A stretch of DNA of 37,040 nt, from IMG/VR virus record IMGVR_UViG_3300045988_150299, positions 1 through 37,040 of that record; one strand, given 5' to 3'. Origin of the DNA: a virus. Below the pieces are notes generated by a model, which was given only the letters and a program-made list of their open reading frames with translations, ran no database searches and was not told the origin of the DNA. Positions 33,419 to 37,040 of the stretch are shown piece by piece; within the stretch, counting starts at the first letter, position 1; each line of letters starts with the position of its first letter. Made by a program: the position numbers and the translations under genes.

Positions 33419-34378
33419 ATGGAAATTAAAAATGAAGTTGTAGAATACTCAAAAGATTTTGCTACCAGCTTCAATGAGTTTGGAAGTTATGAACTTGATT
33501 TAATTGTAACTTTAGCTTATGCTGCTAGAAAAAAAATTAAAGACCATATGAATGTAAATACAAATGAGAATGTAAATTTGTTTTTAGACCCTAAAGTCAT
33601 AAAAAAAATGGTTCAAGGAAATGTAAGTACCAAAAGAATAGAAGAGGCTTTGAAAAACATTTTTAATACAAGTGTTCAAATAAAAAAAGATGGGTACAAG
33701 CTGCATAAACACATATTTGAAACTTTGATGTATACAGAAGATAAAACAGAAATTATATTTGAATTAAAAAAAGATTTTATCCCACTTTTTTTTAATTTAA
33801 GCAATAATTTTACAAGACATGAATTACTAGAATTTACAGGTTTAAAGGGTAGACATTCCAAGAGGCTCTATCAAATAGTTATGAGTTATAAAAATTTAAA
33901 GTCTTGGGAATTTGCACCAGATGAATTTTTAAAAATTTTAAATACTCAATATAGATGGGTAGATGTAGAAACTAAGATAATAAAAAAAGCTGCAGAAGAA
34001 CTAGCAGAGAAAACTAATATAAAAAATCTAAAAATGGAAAGAGTAAGAACAGGAAAATTTATTACTAAAATAATTTTGAGTTGGGATATAGAGCAAATGG
34101 AAGTGCTAGATAAAGATGGAACTGAAACAGAAATAAAAGAGGCTGAAAAAGTTGAATCATTAACATTTGAACAGTTAGAAGATTTGGAAAAAGCTTTAGA
34201 AAAAGCTAGAAAAAATAGGTTTATAGAACCTTATTTAACACTTGAAAATGTTGGAAAACTTATGGAGAACTTTCCATATGAGCAATTGAAAAAAGGCTTG
34301 ATTTCATGTTACAAAAATATCAATATTGAGATTAGAAGTTTTAGTTACATATTTAATCATATTAAGGGGGTAAAATGA
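33419..34378 (+). CDS. Rep_3 / RepB-family iteron-binding plasmid replication initiator
   Basis: The N-terminus EYSKDFATSFNEFGSYELDLIVTLAY and the central FTRHELLEFTGLKGRHSKRLYQIVMSYKN...FAPDEFLKILN fit the Rep_3 winged-helix pattern. Iterons lie upstream. Confidence 0.7.
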   Translation: MEIKNEVVEYSKDFATSFNEFGSYELDLIVTLAYAARKKIKDHMNVNTNENVNLFLDPKVIKKMVQGNVSTKRIEEALKNIFNTSVQIKKDGYKLHKHIFETLMYTEDKTEIIFELKKDFIPLFFNLSNNFTRHELLEFTGLKGRHSKRLYQIVMSYKNLKSWEFAPDEFLKILNTQYRWVDVETKIIKKAAEELAEKTNIKNLKMERVRTGKFITKIILSWDIEQMEVLDKDGTETEIKEAEKVESLTFEQLEDLEKALEKARKNRFIEPYLTLENVGKLMENFPYEQLKKGLISCYKNINIEIRSFSYIFNHIKGVK

Positions 34379-35184
34379 AAGTAGTATCATTTATAAATCA
34401 AAAGGGTGGAACAGGAAAAACAACAGGGGCAAGGGAAGTCGCTGGAATGTTAGCACTTAATTTTAATAAAAAAATATTGCTGATAGATTGCGACTACCAG
34501 CAGAACTTAACACAAAGTTTTATATTTGATGATGAAGAAAAAGACTTATTCAAAGCTTTAAAAGAAAAGTCTTTAGCAAATAATATAATACAAATACATG
34601 AACTAAAAATAGTAGAAAATAAAGATACAGGTATTAATGAAGTAGAAAAAGGAAGATATATTTTAGATTTTATCAAAGGTAGTTATGACCTAAGAAACCT
34701 AGATTTAACAATGGATAAATGGGACCAAGAAATGATATATTTCAATCTAAAATCAGAGCTTGAAAAATTAGATTATGACTATGTAATATTTGATTGTAGA
34801 CCTAGTATAGATTCTTTAGAAAGAGCTGTGTTATCTCTTAGCAATTATGTTTTAACTCCAATAATACCACATATATATAGTGTTCAAGGGTTAAATATAA
34901 TGCTGCAATTTATAGAAGCTTTAAAAGAAAATTTAAACACTCCATTTATACACCTTGGATATTTTAACCAGGTGCCACTTGATAAAGATATTTTAAAAGA
35001 TATAGAAGAGATTAGAGAGGGGTATTCCAATATTTTAAAAACTCAAATTAGAGATAATGGGAAATTAAAATATTGTGCTAGAGATGGATATTTTATAGGA
35101 CAATATAGCCCTACAAGTAATGGAGCTAAAGACTTTAAAAATCTTACTAAGGAGTTGTTAGAGATATGGGAAAACCAACAATAA
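34375..35184 (+). CDS. parA: ParA-family partition ATPase
   Basis: Deviant Walker A NQKGGTGKTT. Its start overlaps the rep stop. Confidence 0.85.
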   Translation: MKVVSFINQKGGTGKTTGAREVAGMLALNFNKKILLIDCDYQQNLTQSFIFDDEEKDLFKALKEKSLANNIIQIHELKIVENKDTGINEVEKGRYILDFIKGSYDLRNLDLTMDKWDQEMIYFNLKSELEKLDYDYVIFDCRPSIDSLERAVLSLSNYVLTPIIPHIYSVQGLNIMLQFIEALKENLNTPFIHLGYFNQVPLDKDILKDIEEIREGYSNILKTQIRDNGKLKYCARDGYFIGQYSPTSNGAKDFKNLTKELLEIWENQQ

Positions 35185-35840
35185 AAAGAAGTAGTTTAGG
35201 TATTAGAAATATAACTAAACCAGCAACACTACAAGAAACACAAACCACTAAAGAATTAGTAACAACTGAACTTTTATTTGATTATTCAGTATTGGAAAAC
35301 TTTTCCCAAGATGATGTAAGAGAACTGATAAATATAGAGAAAAAAATAATTACAAATAAAAAAGAAGTTGGGAAATTAGCAATAGAAACAGGTAGAATGT
35401 TAGATGAAGCTAGAGGACTTTTTGATAGATACTCTGAAAATCCTCAAAGTTATATGGAATGGTACCAAGCTTTAGGATTCAATAAAGATCAAGTGTCATT
35501 ACTAAGAGGAAGATATAAACTATCTTTAGAATATCCAGAAAGTAAAATTATACAGACTTTATCAGACGCAGAGATTAAGCAAATAACAAACAAAAAAGCA
35601 CCAAGTGATGTTATAGCAAGAGTGGTAAATGGTGAAATAAGAACAGCTCAAGGGATAAAAAAAGCTATTTCGAGAGCTCTCGAAATAGAAGATGCCGAGA
35701 TAGTAGAGGAATCTGAAAAAGATAAGCTGGTATCCAGACTATCGGAGGTAGAGGCGAAAATCAGAAAATTAGAGGAAGAGTTGAAAGAGTTGAAAACTGT
35801 TAAGGCTGAACTAAAAGAAAAGATAAAGGGGTTGAGCTAA
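35166..35840 (+). CDS. Putative partition adaptor / centromere-binding protein (ParB-like by position)
   Basis: 224 aa. It overlaps the end of parA and has a C-terminal coiled coil. No canonical ParB box was recognised. Confidence 0.35.
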   Translation: MGKPTIKRSSLGIRNITKPATLQETQTTKELVTTELLFDYSVLENFSQDDVRELINIEKKIITNKKEVGKLAIETGRMLDEARGLFDRYSENPQSYMEWYQALGFNKDQVSLLRGRYKLSLEYPESKIIQTLSDAEIKQITNKKAPSDVIARVVNGEIRTAQGIKKAISRALEIEDAEIVEESEKDKLVSRLSEVEAKIRKLEEELKELKTVKAELKEKIKGLS

Positions 35841-36097
35841 TGAAATTAAAGGATTTATTAAAAGGAAATAGAGAAAACATTCAAAGTATAACTATAACAA
35901 ATGGGTTGATAACATATTTTAAAAATGATGTAGAAGTTTTAGATATTATAGACATACAAGATGGATATAAAATTATTGTTGGAGATATTACTTTAAAATT
36001 AGATGAGTTCCAAGCAAATACAGAAAGTTATTACAGTACAGATAAAATATTTTATTTTGACTTAATTGATTTTAAGGTTGATTTAAAATTAAAATAG
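35840..36097 (+). CDS. Hypothetical protein
   Basis: 85-aa ORF overlapping the upstream stop (TAATG). Confidence 0.4.
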   Translation: MKLKDLLKGNRENIQSITITNGLITYFKNDVEVLDIIDIQDGYKIIVGDITLKLDEFQANTESYYSTDKIFYFDLIDFKVDLKLK

Positions 36098-36130
36098 AGC
36101 CTTTAAAATCGTTTTTAAGAGGTTTAAAAA

Positions 36131-36154
36131 AGAGAGGTATATATTTACCTCTCT
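36131..36154. terminator. Bidirectional terminator between the convergent plasmid operon and lysis genes
   Basis: Stem agagaggta/tacctctct with a 6-nt loop, an A-run upstream and ttttgtttt downstream. Confidence 0.7.
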
Positions 36155-36198
36155 TTTTGTTTTGACCTACCCTATTCTAAGGCTCATAAGCTCACATT

Positions 36199-36708
36199 TT
36201 ATTTTTTCTTATACTCTTGATATTGAACTAATACTTTTTTTATTTTCTCTGGAATAGGCACTCCACAGATACTTGCATTTTCTAATATAGAAAGTCCCTC
36301 ATTTGAAATAAAAACTCCTATTGTTAAAGTCTTTATTCCTAATTTACTACCAAGTAGTATGTCCAGATGATAAGCTAATACTATAACTAGAATTATCATA
36401 ACCTTTTTTAACATTCCTATTATACCTAGTTTACTATTAGCAGTACAAGTAATATAAGCTTTGATAACTCCAGATATATAATCAACTGCCATAAGTATAA
36501 GTAATATTCTTAAAGCTTCATCTTGCCCACCTGTAATCATAAAGATAAAGGCTACTAAACTTCCTATTCCTATTGCTACACAATTACTTAAAATTTTTAT
36601 TACATCAACCAACAACCAAAAGAAATCTGTTGCTATTCTAGTAAAATCTCCCATTAATTTCCTCCTATCATATAGTCTAGTATCTTTTCGAAAATGTTGT
36701 AAAACCAA
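36199..36708 (-). CDS. Holin, phage_holin_4_1-like (probable true start at the ATG at 36654, 151 aa)
   Basis: Three or four TM segments and the motif VDYISGVIKAY. The ATG at 36654 overlaps the upstream stop (TAATG) and follows AGGAGG. Confidence 0.65.
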   Translation of the reverse strand: MVLQHFRKDTRLYDRRKLMGDFTRIATDFFWLLVDVIKILSNCVAIGIGSLVAFIFMITGGQDEALRILLILMAVDYISGVIKAYITCTANSKLGIIGMLKKVMIILVIVLAYHLDILLGSKLGIKTLTIGVFISNEGLSILENASICGVPIPEKIKKVLVQYQEYKKK

Positions 36709-36905
36709 GGTGTTATTTGTAAATTTAAGATATTATCTAATATAAGCAATAAAAGTATTATCATAAAGGCAGTACCAAGGTAATAGTTAAAACTTGTTAG
36801 TTTTTGCTTTTCTATCTCTTGGTCTACCTCGGCATTTCTAGTCCTTTTAAAGATTATACCTAGAGTATCTTTTATAACTTCTATTACTGAACCTATAATA
36901 TTCAA
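36654..36905 (-). CDS. Small single-TM membrane protein in the lysis cassette
   Basis: 83 aa with the TM segment LGTAFMIILLLLILDNIL. It lies between the endolysin and the holin. Confidence 0.45.
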   Translation of the reverse strand: MNIIGSVIEVIKDTLGIIFKRTRNAEVDQEIEKQKLTSFNYYLGTAFMIILLLLILDNILNLQITPWFYNIFEKILDYMIGGN

Positions 36906-36918
36906 GTTATCACTTCCC

Positions 36919-37040
36919 TTAATCTTCCATCAACTCAAAATGTCCTCCATCAAATGAGCCTCTTGCTATCTCATCATCATATTTGCCATTCATATTCCAA
37001 TCTCCACCCCATCTAACTTTAATACCAAGTTTTTCAGCCT
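36919..37040 (-). CDS. Endolysin (peptidase M15), C-terminal part. It continues from 1-319 across the circular junction.
   Basis: In-frame continuation ...AEKLGIKVRWGGDWNMNGKYDDEIARGSFDGGHFELMED, with the stop at 36919-36921. The joined length is 405 nt once the 36-bp overlap is counted only once. Confidence 0.7.
   Translation of the reverse strand, partial: AEKLGIKVRWGGDWNMNGKYDDEIARGSFDGGHFELMED
37005..37040. repeat. Second copy of the 36-bp terminal overlap (identical to 1-36)
   Basis: Direct sequence identity. Confidence 0.9.

Overview
The window is a complete, circularly closed genome. Bases 1-36 are identical to 37005-37040, giving a unit length of 37,004 bp. It is visibly AT-rich and belongs to a temperate, podovirus-like phage that appears to be maintained as a plasmid (a phage-plasmid).

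Layout:
- One very long minus-strand transcription unit starts near 28.2 kb, runs down through position 1, wraps, and ends at a bidirectional terminator at 36131-36154. In transcription order it encodes: a Rep_trans-like nickase; TerS-like protein; GNAT; portal; scaffold; major capsid protein; a block of about 20 small accessory genes; a small serine recombinase; tail tube-like proteins; three internal virion (ejection) proteins in a T7 gp14/15/16-like size series; a 446-bp small-RNA locus; TerL; two collagen-repeat tail fibres; an M15 endolysin, which is split by the window edge; and a holin.
- An immunity region at 28.4-30.1 kb carries two XRE HTH genes and a membrane protein.
- A plus-strand operon at 30.2-36.1 kb runs from a perfect consensus promoter. 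It encodes RadC/JAB, a YqaJ exonuclease, a RecT-like annealase, an iteron origin, a Rep_3 initiator, ParA and a ParB-like protein.
- No tyrosine or large serine integrase is present.

Most interesting signals:
1. A divergent small-RNA and small hydrophobic peptide locus with trans complementarity over the translation start. This is a candidate type I toxin-antitoxin or addiction module.
2. A rolling-circle Rep_trans-like initiator. Its first 137 codons are invisible to ATG/GTG/TTG ORF callers and it probably starts at ATT.
3. The plasmid replication and partition module.
4. A ribosomal protein L27-like (K)FNIQLF(G/A) N-terminal motif on three head proteins, which implies processing by the host Prp protease.

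All family assignments come from motif recognition by eye. No database search was run.
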